In this document: positions 63,884 through 64,000 of the stretch, in pieces
Numbering within the stretch: the stretch's first letter is position 1
Layout: the number at the start of each line of letters is the position of its first letter
Translations under genes and position numbers: made by a program
DNA from: Candidatus Omnitrophota bacterium
Lineage (GTDB): Bacteria; Omnitrophota; Gorgyraeia; Zapsychrales; Fredricksoniimonadaceae
DNA: 64,000 bases
Assembly: GCA_030650275.1 (NCBI GenBank)
Contig: JAUSEK010000023.1
Span: 107,581 to 171,580 of the forward strand
Direction: 5' to 3'
Notes under the pieces: generated by a model
Database searches by the model: none
What the model saw: only the letters and a program-made list of their open reading frames with translations
What the model was told of the DNA's origin: nothing

Positions 63884-64000
63884 ATGCTGATCACCGCCCA
63901 TGACATTGACAAGTCCTACGGGCAGGGAAGCCAGACCCTGCGCGTTTTAAGCGATGTTGAATTTTCCGTTGAGGCAGGGGAAATGGTGGTCGTTGTCGGC
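63884..64000 (+). CDS. lolD: Lipoprotein-releasing system ATP-binding protein LolD (5' fragment; 3' end lies outside the window)
   Basis: MLITAHDIDKSYGQG...GEMVVVVG is the start of an ABC Walker A region and sits directly after lolC. Confidence 0.75.
   Translation, partial: MLITAHDIDKSYGQGSQTLRVLSDVEFSVEAGEMVVVVG

Noticed and set aside
1-64000. CRISPR arrays, rRNA genes and IS transposases
   Set aside because: No regularly spaced direct repeats, no rRNA-like conserved stretches and no transposase or integrase ORFs were seen anywhere in the window.

Overview
This is a 64-kb chromosomal segment of a GC-rich (~58%) diderm, LPS-making bacterium; the gene content suggests an uncultivated PVC/Omnitrophota-like lineage, but I cannot confirm that without a database. 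Almost all genes are on the + strand and are tightly packed, with many ATGA start/stop overlaps.

**Recognisable core blocks**
- 3' end of secA, then lnt and an LpxL-family acyltransferase.
- csp/MFS/trxA/panD/def/lipA.
- mlaE, a small lipoprotein, mlaF, mlaD, then YggT, YbaB and greA.
- A Gfo/Idh/MocA oxidoreductase, a hexapeptide acetyltransferase and a GT2 sugar-modification set.
- rlmB, an HD hydrolase and an M48 protease.
- A PAS hybrid histidine kinase, an Hpt protein and a membrane TPR protein (phosphorelay).
- Aminotransferase, dCMP deaminase, response regulator and a GH5 hydrolase.
- A TrmH-family methyltransferase, a pseudouridine synthase and an ABC-F ATPase.
- pgeF, a CutA–TlpA fusion, a convergent PpiD-like chaperone.
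- hisG, ispE, tRNA-Gln(UUG), glmU, prs, ctc and pth.
- rpsF, ssb, rpsR, rplI and dnaB.
- bamA, skp, lpxD, a fused lpxC–fabZ, lpxA and lpxI.
- lysS and lolC/lolD.

**Accessory or unusual content**
- Two large paralogous secreted proteins (996 and 1644 aa). They share a ~440-aa N-terminal domain and a distinctive ~70-aa C-terminal module, carry a near-identical ~240-bp DNA block, and the longer one contains two complete internal Tat-type signal peptides and a GH26-like domain. I read this as in-frame fusion and shuffling of formerly separate secreted-protein genes.
- Each large gene is followed at its 3' end by a small toxin/NTase-like two-gene cassette: a polβ-type nucleotidyltransferase plus a 67-aa partner after the first, and a reversed-order VapC(PIN)–Phd pair after the second.
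- An AT-rich (~35% GC), single-gene RmuC-like island.
- A 540-bp ORF-free AT-rich scar with perfect palindromes, a radC N-terminal remnant and an ORF6N-domain gene.
- Several exact TTGACA-N17-TATAAT promoters, some abutting start codons (leaderless mRNAs).
- A terminator-like hairpin inside the csp leader.
- Two very small, highly basic, SD-preceded ORFs (bTHX-like and bS22-like).

I found no CRISPR array, no rRNA and no intact mobile element. All coordinates and motifs were read directly from the sequence; every family assignment is from remembered motif similarity and needs an HMM or BLAST check.
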